From the sequence record MN871446.1: DNA of 64,000 bases. One strand, 5' to 3'. The notes under the pieces were generated by a model. That model saw only the letters and a list, made by a program, of their open reading frames with translations, had not been told where the DNA came from and ran no database searches. Made by a program: the position numbers and the translations under genes. The DNA comes from Klebsiella phage KpLz-2_45. This document shows positions 8,759 to 19,469 of this stretch, piece by piece (the first letter of the stretch is position 1; each line of letters starts with the position of its first letter).

Positions 8759-10951
8759 TTACCTATAGAAATTCGTCCCCATGTATTTTTGGAAGTCAGC
8801 GTGACGATTAGCGTTCATCTCCTCGATCTTACCTGCCACGTTAATCGGCTCTGCACCCGCCTCTTGTAAACACTCGTTAAGGTAATTGAGACGTCGTTCA
8901 AGCTTCATACTGATAATTGGATTATCGGCATTTTCGATGGCTGACAATGTCTTTTCAATTTCACGGTGGAGGAAATCAATCTCTTCCTGCTGCTCGTCAA
9001 TTTCCTGCGCATTCCCTGCCAACGCATCTACTGCCCCCGTCAATACCCTTCTGGAATCTAACCCGTAATAGTCTAAGTTCGACCCGTACAATAACAGATA
9101 GACGGTCAGAAGGTAGGCGATAACGGTATCGTCATGTCCACCCGGTGGATGGTCAATTCTTCCGTTCTTCTCGACCAACCCGGTCAATTCCGCAATGAGA
9201 ATTTTATCATGAAGTCGTGTAGCCCCTTTCTGCATGGCGATCTTCAAAACGGTTTCGTAAAGCTGACGTCGGGTGGTGGTTCCCGTGCAGAAACCAAACT
9301 TCGTTTTACGACGAATATAGAATGCGTCATCACGACGGTTCATGTCACCCTGCAGCTCAAGGAACGCCGCGGTGTCCACTGACTTATTATCGACAATTAA
9401 GTTAAAGATTCGTTTGAACGGATCAATTCCCTTGCTGTGCAATATCAGACAGAGGTAATCAATAAACGTTTGTCCGGTGGATTTACGTTCTGGGATGAAG
9501 ACAGCCTTAGGATAAGAAATTAACAGATCACCTAAGAACTCAGCGTATTTAGGAATCAGTGCTTCGTTGATTACTGAAATCCCGATAACGTCCGCAGTAT
9601 AAGGATCAAGGAACACCAACGACAGCGCATCTCGTCCACCGCCTTCTGAGGTATCGGCCCCAATGACAAAGGTCATTGTCTTACGATTTGCATCCAGATA
9701 TTCTTTGGAGACATACCAGTGGACAATGTAACCGTTCCTGAAGATTTCGGAATAATCGGAATAACGCTGTGAGGCAATGGCTTTCGCTAACAACTCTTTA
9801 TCAATTGGGTTGTTCGTCCCTGCTGCGGTCCAGATGTTAAAGAAGTCACGGTCTGCTTCTGGACCACGTGCCATAGCACGACGCATGTTCTCGTAATGCT
9901 GTTCGTCAGAGACCCCAACCTGGTTGTGACTCCACGTTCCGTTGATTAAGAGTTTCGCATCAGAGGATTTCAGATTGCGCTGAACGATCTCACGAAGTTC
10001 TTCTTGACTCCCTGCGTCGTAAAAGTGCTCAGACCACCGAGCAGCTTCGTTCCACATTTTGAAAACAAAGCGACCATCACGAGACGTTTGGTCACCCGCG
10101 GTAGTGGTCATGATACTGCCCCAGGGCATGTTTCTCGCTTTCGCTTTTTGAATCGCGGCGTTCATACCGGGCATTGCTGCTTTAAACGCAATTTCGATAT
10201 AGTTGATGAAGGGGGTTTCATCCCAGCCTACCGTAGGCGAGGTGTTACCACGGCCAACTTTATTCGCACCACCTGGGTCAGAACGAGATACTGCTACCGC
10301 AAACAAGTTACCACGGGTGTTATAGGTCACCTTCTCGTTAGCAATCGTGTCTGAACGGTCTGTTACTGTCAGATAAGGTGGTAAGTATTCACGGATACGA
10401 CGTATCATCGTGGTTGTTTCAGAACGTAATTCGTCTGATTTGGTCACGAGTGAGATACGGGCCTTTGTATATCGCATATACAGCAGCCAGGAGTAAAGAC
10501 AATAAGAGATAAGTGACTTACCAGTCTGACGGGGTTGTATCAACAGGTAATCGATATGGTTCATGTACGACCAGATCAAAGACATGTTCGCGCGGTTTGC
10601 TCTTAAAAGATCACCTTCTTCACCGACAACCGGCGGAACGCGAAGACACTCTCTGAGATAATACCAGATGTTATATTCCGCTTCGATCTTAATTGCGATC
10701 ATCTGTTCTTCAGTCAGATCGGGACTGAAAGGATCGACACCGACAAGGTCCGGGTTTAAAAGTGCAATCGGCCAGTGGTGGTTTTTAATTCCCATGTTTT
10801 GTAAGACACCGACAAAACGTAGGAATTCTTTGTTTGGTGTATCCCAATCCGGGATAGCAGAGGGATGATAATCCCAATCGCTAAGGTGGAGAATAGGACG
10901 CGAATCATTCTCTAGAATAATGGAGGAGGTCATAGAGTTTCCCTCTGACAA
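8759..10951 (-). CDS. terL: terminase large subunit
   Basis: Walker A-like LIQPRQTGKSLI about 150 aa from N-terminus (T4 gp17-like spacing); C-terminal nuclease-like block VIGADTSEGGGRDALSLVFLD; 730 aa. Confidence 0.8.
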   Translation of the reverse strand: MSEGNSMTSSIILENDSRPILHLSDWDYHPSAIPDWDTPNKEFLRFVGVLQNMGIKNHHWPIALLNPDLVGVDPFSPDLTEEQMIAIKIEAEYNIWYYLRECLRVPPVVGEEGDLLRANRANMSLIWSYMNHIDYLLIQPRQTGKSLISYCLYSWLLYMRYTKARISLVTKSDELRSETTTMIRRIREYLPPYLTVTDRSDTIANEKVTYNTRGNLFAVAVSRSDPGGANKVGRGNTSPTVGWDETPFINYIEIAFKAAMPGMNAAIQKAKARNMPWGSIMTTTAGDQTSRDGRFVFKMWNEAARWSEHFYDAGSQEELREIVQRNLKSSDAKLLINGTWSHNQVGVSDEQHYENMRRAMARGPEADRDFFNIWTAAGTNNPIDKELLAKAIASQRYSDYSEIFRNGYIVHWYVSKEYLDANRKTMTFVIGADTSEGGGRDALSLVFLDPYTADVIGISVINEALIPKYAEFLGDLLISYPKAVFIPERKSTGQTFIDYLCLILHSKGIDPFKRIFNLIVDNKSVDTAAFLELQGDMNRRDDAFYIRRKTKFGFCTGTTTRRQLYETVLKIAMQKGATRLHDKILIAELTGLVEKNGRIDHPPGGHDDTVIAYLLTVYLLLYGSNLDYYGLDSRRVLTGAVDALAGNAQEIDEQQEEIDFLHREIEKTLSAIENADNPIISMKLERRLNYLNECLQEAGAEPINVAGKIEEMNANRHADFQKYMGTNFYR

Positions 10952-10980
10952 CGAAAAGACAATATCATAGGGAATATAGC

Positions 10981-11010
10981 GGTACAGGAGGCCATTAAGC
11001 CTCCTGTACC
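10981..11010. terminator. 12-bp perfect stem hairpin between terL and the upstream structural gene (terminator or RNA-processing site)
   Basis: GGTACAGGAGGC-CATTAA-GCCTCCTGTACC; weak T-run. Confidence 0.4.
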
Positions 11011-11024
11011 AAGGGTTTGTACTT

Positions 11025-12734
11025 TTAACTCAGTGTTTGACGTATGATCAAACCGGAAGACGCGAGTTGTAAATCCACCCCGTTCACTGAACGTACCCAA
11101 TGAACGAGCGCCAATTCACCTACGTGCCCACCAGTTGCAATGGTAAACGTCGTGTTCCAGGCAGAGATCGGTTGTCTGACTCGAATGTTATCCACCTGAA
11201 GAATGAAGTGCGTCGGCATCGGCGCTTCCGTTTCTGTCTCAGTGTCAAACAACGGGTGAAGACGGTAGTATAACCGATCCAACCATTCGTTCTGTGTCTG
11301 GGCTCCCATGGTAAGGTCAGTCGACCAAACCTGAGACGAAATGTATTTCAGACGACATTCTAACGATCCGCCGTAGTCTTCGTCACCCAGTTCGTAGTTG
11401 ACGTACCACGGACTATCAACGCCCGATTCACCATTGGCCATCAGGGTGATGTCGTTGCTCTGTACATGTCGATAGGAGCCAAACGAAGCAGAGACTTTGG
11501 AAATATCAAGCGCAAAGATCATGTGCTGTTTGGTGTTGTAAAGCGTAGGGTCCCAAACCGCCGAACCCGGCGACGCTTCGATGATATCGGTCACTTCGTA
11601 CATCGCCAGACGATCGAGCGAATACATAAAGTGACGGAGCTTAAACCCGTTACCGTTCCGCTGCCATTCCGGGAACATGAAGAGCTTAACCGCATAGGCA
11701 TTCGGTAAAGTTACAGTTTCGATCGTATAGGGAACCGTGATCGTTCCAGAAGCTGTCGTTGTCCCTTTAAAGCTCTCTGTCGTGTCGAGCTGATAGAAAA
11801 GCGTCAGTGGGCTGTTTTGACCCGATTGCGTCGGGATAAACTCCGCTAAACCAGACAGGTAGATCTTACTGCCGTCCACCGGTTTAATGACCGAGCTGCC
11901 ATCAGTGTACGTTACCTTCGCGCTGACATCGATGGAGGTCATCAGAAGATTGACCGGAACATTCAGGCGGTTAGGGTCGGTTGCCGACAGGTAACTGCTG
12001 ACCAAGGCGACCGAGTCAATAGAACGTTTCGCTGAATTCGATTGACGAATAATACCAGAGTCAACAACGGTCATTGTGAAACGGGACGTCGGCAACCCCG
12101 CAGCGTCGTAGAACACCACCAGGACTGTCTCACCGTTGGTGATTTTACGCGTAGCGTTGGCAGTCACGGGAATACGGTAATTACCGGTTCCATCCCCTTC
12201 GATTGTCATCAGAGGGATTTTATCGCTTTCGAGTTCACCGGACTGATTGTAATACGCTGAAAGCACTTCGAGGTTACCAGTACTGGACATGTTAGAGAAA
12301 ACTCGCACGTAAGTCGCAGTAGGTTGATAGGCTCTCATTAAACTGTCGAATGCCATCTCCGGTGGTGAAACGGTATTGTCGACATAAACGAAATAGCCAG
12401 GTTGCGGGTAACGGCTACCGACTCCCAGCAGAATATCGATGGAGTTATCAATCGTAGTAGGAACGTTGTACGCAATCCACTTAGAAAGTAATGTTGAGGT
12501 ATCGACTTCGGTAACAATATAGAGACCTGAAGTTTTGTCGAAGATACGGTTACCAACATTCGGCACAAACCGGCCTTTGTTACCGCTACCAATCCCTGCT
12601 GGTCCGACATAGATCTCGGACATGTCCCATTCTTTCCATAATCCATTCGGGTTCCAAATGGGGACGTCAGACGGCGTACTGTCCGTTAACGCTAATGCGT
12701 AACGCACCCCACTACTCGTGGTCGATGTGGTCAT
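11025..12734 (-). CDS. putative virion structural protein 569 aa
   Basis: Large Ser/Thr/Gly-rich protein between terL and an 852-aa protein in one leftward operon; no enzymatic motif. Confidence 0.35.
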   Translation of the reverse strand: MTTSTTSSGVRYALALTDSTPSDVPIWNPNGLWKEWDMSEIYVGPAGIGSGNKGRFVPNVGNRIFDKTSGLYIVTEVDTSTLLSKWIAYNVPTTIDNSIDILLGVGSRYPQPGYFVYVDNTVSPPEMAFDSLMRAYQPTATYVRVFSNMSSTGNLEVLSAYYNQSGELESDKIPLMTIEGDGTGNYRIPVTANATRKITNGETVLVVFYDAAGLPTSRFTMTVVDSGIIRQSNSAKRSIDSVALVSSYLSATDPNRLNVPVNLLMTSIDVSAKVTYTDGSSVIKPVDGSKIYLSGLAEFIPTQSGQNSPLTLFYQLDTTESFKGTTTASGTITVPYTIETVTLPNAYAVKLFMFPEWQRNGNGFKLRHFMYSLDRLAMYEVTDIIEASPGSAVWDPTLYNTKQHMIFALDISKVSASFGSYRHVQSNDITLMANGESGVDSPWYVNYELGDEDYGGSLECRLKYISSQVWSTDLTMGAQTQNEWLDRLYYRLHPLFDTETETEAPMPTHFILQVDNIRVRQPISAWNTTFTIATGGHVGELALVHWVRSVNGVDLQLASSGLIIRQTLS

Positions 12735-12735
12735 T

Positions 12736-15294
12736 TCAGGATTCCTTTATAAAGAAATAATTATTAAGCGACAGACGATTATTCAGGTAATACTGATTGA
12801 CGTTCTGAAGGAACTTCCAGCGCTTTGTGGTTACCGCGACGGCGGAGCTAAACGGATGTGCGTCAATGAAAATGTAGTTTGTATTCCAGACGCTTCGGCA
12901 CGGGTCAATATCGAGGTACTCGCTGTAGTTCTTCATGACACGGTCAAGCGAGACTTTGTCATTAACGTTCAGCGGCTCAGTGATGGTTCCGTTATCAAGA
13001 TCGAAGATCAGTCGTGTGATCACCACCGAGAACATCCGATAACGTTCGCTGATTGGGTTAGGGCCGGTTAAGACCTTCTCCGGGTACTTCAACGTCATGT
13101 AGTCACTGACACGTTTATCGCTCTCGGCGCCCATCTGAATCAACTCAGCGTTCGCATTCGTCGATATCCCGTACAGCGGAACGAAAACCGTCTCTTCGCA
13201 GTAAGGTAAGCCGTTAGGGAGCAACGGGATTTGTTTTTCGTCAGCGTCTTCAATAAACGGTACTGTTGAAGGGTCAACCACTTTCCCGTCAATAATCGTA
13301 CGTATAACCTTGTCGTCACGAATATCAAACGTACCGTTCACACTGACATAACCGTGATCCACGAATCCGATATTCAGCGGTCTTTTGTACTTCGCGCTTG
13401 GCGTTTCCCAACCTAAACAGGCAAAGGTAAAGTTTTGACTGTTACCTAACGTTTCATCGTAGTAACGATTGGTGATGACCGTTCCTTTATTTCCGTCCAG
13501 GATATAGTCGAGCCCTTCAATCAACGGATGGCCATTCATCCACACGCGCAGTTGTTGTGGCCGAATAGGAAGAATCGTCCCGAGCGTCTTACCGTAGGTC
13601 AGTGTAAAGCGGAAGATCCCGTCCGAACTCCCTACAACCTGATCGTATACAAGCGCCTCAGAGCTACTGAGGATCAGGCCCATGTTTCTGGCCTTGACGT
13701 GAATCCACGTGACGACATTATTTAAGACCGTGTAATCCGTCCCTTCTACGGCAGGTACCCAGACGTCGGAGACAACTCCTTTGTTGATCGCCGCTTTAAA
13801 GAAGTAGTATTGGTACTTATCGTCCAGCGTGTAGTTGTTGTTACTGGGCGCCCAGGTAATGGCTTTCTTACCCCACCCCATGAACCCCTCTACCAGCGCA
13901 GCCCGCTCATTCTTCACGAAGTAGCGTTCCGAGTAACCGTGCTGATTCCAGCCCAACAACACCCCGTCTTCGTCGTACTCAAAGAGCGTAGAACAGAGCG
14001 AGAGTCCAAAGGGTAGATCGACAAAACCGCCGTTCGAGGAAGGTGTCACCTTCGTTGGGTTTAACGCAAAGAGTTTTGCTAATGCGTTGTAGCCGTAAGC
14101 GTTGATGACATCCGTCGCTGTAAACGAGCCCCAGAAGTTTCGCATGATCGCCGTATAAAGAGAGTTTTCCAGGTTCTCTACACGCCACTCAGCCAACGTG
14201 GAATCGAGTCCAATCATTGCTCTGAGAATGTCAGTGTCGCTTAAACGGTAAAGTGTTTCAATCCGATTCACCTCGTCGATGAGAGGGCGTTTAAAACCGG
14301 ACTCACGAAGATGAAGACGAATATAAAGGTTGTCGTACGTTGTCCAGCCATCATTCAGATAAGCCGAAACATAACCCGTCGGAATACTGTAATCAGCATG
14401 AGTTACGTTACGCAGACTGTTCTCTTTATTGCGGTGATAATAGCGACCTGAAACCGAATCATTCGCGCCGACTTTGTACATGAACAAATCGATATCGTCG
14501 ACGTAATAGATTTCGTTATCGTGCGTATTTTTACTCGGGTGCAGCAGATACTTCTTCAGGTTGTCTAACGTCGACGTATAGTCGTACAGCGACGAGACTT
14601 TGAAGTCCACTACGTGACTCACCGCGGCGTCGTAAACTGCCTCAACCAGGTCACCAATGGAAATATCAGTCGATTTGATTTCCGGCTTCCACACGCCATT
14701 ATGGTAAATATTGGTTACACCGGTTAAGGTTTGCAGCGGCCGCAACCCATTAATAAACGCAGCGATATCAGTTTGCTTAGTAATCTCTCTGCCGATATAA
14801 GCCACTTTCTGACCGATGTTATTACTTCGCTCTGAACGGAAAAAGGCGTTGTTGTAAATTCTGAGATACGCTTTCTTTTCACTTAACTCGCCAAAGATAG
14901 CGTGCTCTTTAATCGCAATGATCAAATTGTCGTCGTAGGTACGAAGAACGTAACTGCTAAAGAGCGGGAGTTTAACGCCCGTTTCCAGATAGAGGTCAAT
15001 GATCAGCGCAGTCGCTTCGCTGTAAGGTCCCAGCGCCATCCATTTTCCGCGAACGTCAGGGAGACCTGTACGCCAACGACTGTTTGCCCCGATCTGATAA
15101 AGATGATAAACGTCGCCTTCGGTAGGTAATGGGGTATCAACCCAGAGAATGGTACTGGAAACTTTCGCACCACTGTCTCGACTGATTCGCGTCAGATCGA
15201 GAATGACCTGACGATCCTGAATAGGTGCACACCACAAATTCGTGCGTGCATGATCGAGAAGGAAACTTTCGGTTACGGAATTCATTACACGCAC
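12736..15294 (-). CDS. putative large virion structural protein 852 aa (portal or baseplate-scale protein; undetermined)
   Basis: Size and position in the structural operon; 1-nt spacing to the next gene. Confidence 0.3.
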   Translation of the reverse strand: MRVMNSVTESFLLDHARTNLWCAPIQDRQVILDLTRISRDSGAKVSSTILWVDTPLPTEGDVYHLYQIGANSRWRTGLPDVRGKWMALGPYSEATALIIDLYLETGVKLPLFSSYVLRTYDDNLIIAIKEHAIFGELSEKKAYLRIYNNAFFRSERSNNIGQKVAYIGREITKQTDIAAFINGLRPLQTLTGVTNIYHNGVWKPEIKSTDISIGDLVEAVYDAAVSHVVDFKVSSLYDYTSTLDNLKKYLLHPSKNTHDNEIYYVDDIDLFMYKVGANDSVSGRYYHRNKENSLRNVTHADYSIPTGYVSAYLNDGWTTYDNLYIRLHLRESGFKRPLIDEVNRIETLYRLSDTDILRAMIGLDSTLAEWRVENLENSLYTAIMRNFWGSFTATDVINAYGYNALAKLFALNPTKVTPSSNGGFVDLPFGLSLCSTLFEYDEDGVLLGWNQHGYSERYFVKNERAALVEGFMGWGKKAITWAPSNNNYTLDDKYQYYFFKAAINKGVVSDVWVPAVEGTDYTVLNNVVTWIHVKARNMGLILSSSEALVYDQVVGSSDGIFRFTLTYGKTLGTILPIRPQQLRVWMNGHPLIEGLDYILDGNKGTVITNRYYDETLGNSQNFTFACLGWETPSAKYKRPLNIGFVDHGYVSVNGTFDIRDDKVIRTIIDGKVVDPSTVPFIEDADEKQIPLLPNGLPYCEETVFVPLYGISTNANAELIQMGAESDKRVSDYMTLKYPEKVLTGPNPISERYRMFSVVITRLIFDLDNGTITEPLNVNDKVSLDRVMKNYSEYLDIDPCRSVWNTNYIFIDAHPFSSAVAVTTKRWKFLQNVNQYYLNNRLSLNNYFFIKES

Positions 15295-15302
15295 CTTCTA
15301 CT

Positions 15303-16241
15303 TTAATAAGTTTTCTCGTGATGATTCGCCGTCAATGCGATCAGGTCGTTAACACGAGCAACGAAATCGTCGGTTTTCAGATTACGACCTTCACGGTCAA
15401 TCAACTGCGTTAACCATGCTTTACGGTATTGCTTTTCACCTGCACACGCTGAATAAATCATGGCAATAAACATCGGTGGGTATTCGAGCGCCACGGCCAA
15501 TTGCTCACGGACTTCTGAACTACCAAACCAGCTAGTTGATGTCAACGTCCAGAGAATGCGTTTGTCAATTCGTTTCAGTGATAAGCTCTCACCGAATTCA
15601 GCTAACGCTTTGCAATAGTCATCGAGGTTCGCCATGTAGCCAACCGGACGCAACCACAGATCCAGTTTCTGGTAAGGGATATTCAGGATGCGACTGATCT
15701 TCACGCAGAAGACCTCGTGACGACGATCGTTAAAGTCTTTCGCATCGCAGTGTAAGCAGTAGTAATAATAAGCAGTGATTGCTTTGAGTTTCTCTGCAAC
15801 CAGCTCATTCAGGTTCAGTTTGTTTTTGAGCAGCCCAGTTAACCACTTAGCAAAGATTGCCAACGGGACATCGACGTTGAAATAGAACGCATCGATATTC
15901 CCTTCCGACCAAGCCATCTCCAGAACAGCACGGCGGAAAATGATCCCGACAGAACCTTCATTAACAAAGTCTGTGGTACCGTCTGCATTTAATTTTAACG
16001 TCCCGCGGTAAGGGCGAAGATCAATATATGTATACGGTATACTTTGAACTTCTTGAGAAAGGGGATGACGAAAGACAGGGATGGCTTCCAATTCTGGGGT
16101 TTTCTCCAGTACCGCGAACAGCCCTTTAAAGTGGTTAATTGGGGTTAATGCACCTTCTGCGTTCGCCACCAACATCTTCCCGGGTAGACTCGCAGGAAAA
16201 ATAGAACTGCCGGCTGAGGTGTCAAAACTGTGTTTAAACAT
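15303..16241 (-). CDS. hypothetical protein 312 aa
   Basis: ORF track; first gene of the leftward structural operon, divergent from 16405. Confidence 0.45.
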   Translation of the reverse strand: MFKHSFDTSAGSSIFPASLPGKMLVANAEGALTPINHFKGLFAVLEKTPELEAIPVFRHPLSQEVQSIPYTYIDLRPYRGTLKLNADGTTDFVNEGSVGIIFRRAVLEMAWSEGNIDAFYFNVDVPLAIFAKWLTGLLKNKLNLNELVAEKLKAITAYYYYCLHCDAKDFNDRRHEVFCVKISRILNIPYQKLDLWLRPVGYMANLDDYCKALAEFGESLSLKRIDKRILWTLTSTSWFGSSEVREQLAVALEYPPMFIAMIYSACAGEKQYRKAWLTQLIDREGRNLKTDDFVARVNDLIALTANHHEKTY

Positions 16242-16404
16242 TGCTTAATTCTCCGATAATGACCGTGACCTATAGAATGTTAATATGACGACGTTTCCGT
16301 ATTACCGGTAAACTATGGTTTAAAAACCACCCAAGCTTGGATTTAGCGTCATCAAGTAGCTACATAATTTATGCGGTACCCACTCTTTTTAAGAGGCAAA
16401 AGAC

Positions 16405-18474
16405 ATGTCAGAACAAATTACGGGATCAACACCCAGAATTTATTACCGCGGTACGAAGGATATTTCGTTCACCCGTTCTACGGGTTCAACGACGACCCTG
16501 GCTCTTCATCGACCGCTCATCATGTTCTTCGGCCAGAAAGGTCCAACTGTCCCTACCTGGATCGATCCGGTAAAATTCGAAGACATTTACGGTAGCGAAA
16601 CTACCAACCTTTCCGGCGTTTATGCGACCCACAGTACTCCTTTTATTAAGGAAGCGATTGCAGCGGGTAACCAGTTCCTGGCCTTGCGTCTGGAACCGGC
16701 AGATATCCCTGACGTCGCCACGCTGGGTCTCTCCGTCGATTGGGTAAAAACCAAAATCGACGACTATGAGCGTAACGACGACGGAACTTATAAAACCGAT
16801 ACCAACGGTGACAAAATTCCGCTGGCCACGCAAGTAGACGGGATCAAGTTCCGCTTTGTTCTCTCTAAAATCGAGACGGACGAGTCGGGCGTTTCCCAGT
16901 ACAAAAAACGTACCGCTTCTGCGGGGACAATCGGTACCGCTGAGAACCCGTCAACGATCACGCCACTGGCCGATTTCCGTTGCCGTTATAAATCGTCTCT
17001 CGGCGCGAATACAGCGATCCGTATTTGGGCACCGACTGTCAATTCGACTCAGGCCGCTGATGCCGATCTGCAAGAACGTATCAAATCGTTCCTGTACCGC
17101 TTCCAGCTCCTGACCCGTACCGATAAAAACAGTTCACCAACTATTTTTGAGACGATCTATAATGAAGCGTCTCTGTCGGTCGGTTTCGGTGAGAACTTAG
17201 TCGATCCGCAGACCGAAGTGGTTTACGATTTCGCGGAACGTATCGAAAGTCGTTACAACGACGAAGATCCATCGACTTACCTGATGTCGCCGATCGATGC
17301 GCCGTACCTGTATCAGTCCAACATTGATACCGTCCTGAAAGCAGTACAGTCGGTGGAATCCACCTTCGGTACGGTTTCTGACGATGAAGCGGATCTCTAC
17401 ACAATTAACCTGTTCGGCGCGCAGACGGTAGAGGGTGTACCGTATCACGCTGTTCAGATTATGGGCGTACTGGATGGCGGCGTCACGCTGACAGAAACCT
17501 CCACCAACTACCTGCAAGGCGGTGGTGACGGTACGCTGGGTAACGCCAGTTTCAACGCTGCCGCTAACCTGGTGCTGTCCAACATGTCCAGCGGCGCATC
17601 TTTCAATATCGGTAACTACGCGCGTTATCCGTTCAATGCGTTCTGGGACTCCGGTTTCGACCTGAAGACCAAACAACTGATTCCGCAACTGATCGGTCTG
17701 CGTGCAGACACCTGGATCGCCCTGTCGACTCAGGACATCAGTCTCGACTTCAACAGCAATGAAGAAGAAGAATCGATCGCGCTGTCCCTGATGTCTCGCG
17801 TAAACGCTTTCCCGGACTCTTCTGATTTCGGTACCCCGGCGTTCCGTGGTATGATCGTAGGTGGTGCAGGTTATTACACGGAAACTACGCGTAAGCTGGC
17901 GGTCCCGCTGACCCTCGACCGTTTCCGTGCTTACTGCCAGTATGCCGGCGCTTCTGACGGTGTGCTCAAACCGGAATACGCGGTGGATGAAGGTGAGAAC
18001 CGGAAAGTCCAGGTGGTTAAAAATATTAACAACCTCGACAAATCCTGGCGCGTTCGTCGTGCACAGTGGAACAACAACCTGGTTTACGTAGAAGACTACG
18101 ATACCGGTTCGCAGTTCTACCCGGGCCAGCAGTCGTTCTACAGCGAACAAGGTTCCGTACTGAAGGCGGCTATCGTGGGTCTGTGCGTGGCTAACCTGAA
18201 CCGCTTCGCTTTCGAAGCGTGGCGTGACCTGAGCGGTACTCAGAAACTCACCGACGATCAGTTGATTGAGCGCTCTGACGAAATCGTGAGCACCCGCGGT
18301 GCCGGTGCCTTCGATAACCGCCTGATCTTCACGCCGCATTCTGAGATTACCCAGGCCGATAAAGAACGTGGTTATTCTTGGTCTATGCGCATTGACTTCG
18401 GTGCTAACGCGTTCCGTACCGTAATGGATATGTCTTCTGTCGCATACACCAGAGAGGAATTAGCAAATGGCTAA
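16405..18474 (+). CDS. major virion structural protein 689 aa (tail sheath candidate)
   Basis: Strong RBS AAGAGG; size typical of contractile sheath proteins; immediately followed by a 291-aa ORF and a very strong terminator, an arrangement typical of sheath-tube pairs. Confidence 0.35.
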   Translation: MSEQITGSTPRIYYRGTKDISFTRSTGSTTTLALHRPLIMFFGQKGPTVPTWIDPVKFEDIYGSETTNLSGVYATHSTPFIKEAIAAGNQFLALRLEPADIPDVATLGLSVDWVKTKIDDYERNDDGTYKTDTNGDKIPLATQVDGIKFRFVLSKIETDESGVSQYKKRTASAGTIGTAENPSTITPLADFRCRYKSSLGANTAIRIWAPTVNSTQAADADLQERIKSFLYRFQLLTRTDKNSSPTIFETIYNEASLSVGFGENLVDPQTEVVYDFAERIESRYNDEDPSTYLMSPIDAPYLYQSNIDTVLKAVQSVESTFGTVSDDEADLYTINLFGAQTVEGVPYHAVQIMGVLDGGVTLTETSTNYLQGGGDGTLGNASFNAAANLVLSNMSSGASFNIGNYARYPFNAFWDSGFDLKTKQLIPQLIGLRADTWIALSTQDISLDFNSNEEEESIALSLMSRVNAFPDSSDFGTPAFRGMIVGGAGYYTETTRKLAVPLTLDRFRAYCQYAGASDGVLKPEYAVDEGENRKVQVVKNINNLDKSWRVRRAQWNNNLVYVEDYDTGSQFYPGQQSFYSEQGSVLKAAIVGLCVANLNRFAFEAWRDLSGTQKLTDDQLIERSDEIVSTRGAGAFDNRLIFTPHSEITQADKERGYSWSMRIDFGANAFRTVMDMSSVAYTREELANG

Positions 18475-19342
18475 GAAAGATCCGAACACAGTCATGAGTG
18501 CTAATAGTTCGTACGCTAACGGGGCCAATGGCCCCGTGACGAACTTGGAAATCCCAGCACCCTATGGCTATACCCCTGACTTCCGTTATTACCACGCTGC
18601 GGCCGATTATACTCGTCGCCCGACCATCGCGTTTCTGATGGAGTTGCCTAACTGCTTCAAAGACACCGATGATCCGGAAAAATGGGGCGGTTCACTGAAA
18701 GCGCTAATCGAGATGCACGCTCGTACGATCGACGGTATCGATTACACGCTGGAAGTAGAACACGTTGAAACCCCGTTCGGTGGCGGCGGCGAAATGATGC
18801 AAACGCTGTCCAAGGTTCGTCGCGCTCGTTCTGTCCCGGTCTTTACCTGGGTAGAAAAAGTAGGGATGCCGGTTTCCCGTTACTGGAACAACTACATCCT
18901 GTACTTCATGGGCGAACCGAACTCCAACGTCGCAGGGATTATTGGTAAAGGTGGTATTACCCCGGCTGCAACTTACCCGGATTACAACACCTTCTCCATC
19001 CTGTTTGTGGAACCGGATCCGACCGAACGTTACGCGTTGCGTTCTACGCTGATCACTAACATGCAACCGACCGGCCAAGGTCCAGAAATGCGCATGTCAA
19101 AAGATCAGACCTCTTCACCGGAACAGCTCCAGGTATCCTTGACGATGACCGGTCTGCAGATGGTAGGTCGCGGCGTTGATAAACTCGGTCAGATGATGCT
19201 GGACCGCGCGTCCCAGACGGGTATCGATCTTAACGCCCAACCTGCCTTCCTGAGCGATCGTGAAGCAGACGTGGCGGCAAGAGACGACGGGTATATCGAA
19301 CAATTAGTTTCGAGCCTGTCTAAACCTGGTGTGGCGATCTAA
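18467..19342 (+). CDS. virion structural protein 291 aa (tail tube candidate)
   Basis: RBS AGAGAGGAA; overlaps upstream stop by 8 nt; followed by a perfect 12-bp stem/TTCG loop terminator. Confidence 0.3.
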   Translation: MAKKDPNTVMSANSSYANGANGPVTNLEIPAPYGYTPDFRYYHAAADYTRRPTIAFLMELPNCFKDTDDPEKWGGSLKALIEMHARTIDGIDYTLEVEHVETPFGGGGEMMQTLSKVRRARSVPVFTWVEKVGMPVSRYWNNYILYFMGEPNSNVAGIIGKGGITPAATYPDYNTFSILFVEPDPTERYALRSTLITNMQPTGQGPEMRMSKDQTSSPEQLQVSLTMTGLQMVGRGVDKLGQMMLDRASQTGIDLNAQPAFLSDREADVAARDDGYIEQLVSSLSKPGVAI

Positions 19343-19368
19343 GTTATCAACACCTTAGTAAATAGATT

Positions 19369-19407
19369 CCTCAAGGAACCTTCGGGTTCCTTGAGGTTTA
19401 TTCTCTT
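19369..19407 (+). terminator. strong terminator after the 689/291-aa structural gene pair
   Basis: CCTCAAGGAACC-TTCG-GGTTCCTTGAGG followed by TTTATTCTCTT. Confidence 0.75.
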
Positions 19408-19469
19408 AAGTTTTTTATTTTACCGACCTGCAATAATCATCCTATGAAAGAATAGTTGAGAGGTGAATT

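Noticed and set aside
8759-10951. Possible intein or fusion in the 730-aa terminase
   Set aside because: The Walker A lies about 150 aa from the N-terminus, as in T4 gp17-size terminases. No intein splice-block motifs were seen. The extra length is better explained by N- and C-terminal extensions.
16337-16595. Small plus-strand ORFs (78 and 74 aa) overlapping the 5' end of the 689-aa gene
   Set aside because: They are alternative frames of the same region. The 689-aa frame has the strong RBS and the coherent length.
17197-18339. 380-aa ORF antisense to the 689-aa structural gene
   Set aside because: It is arginine-rich and low-complexity, typical of a shadow ORF on the opposite strand of a highly expressed gene. 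It has no RBS and lies entirely inside a better-supported gene.
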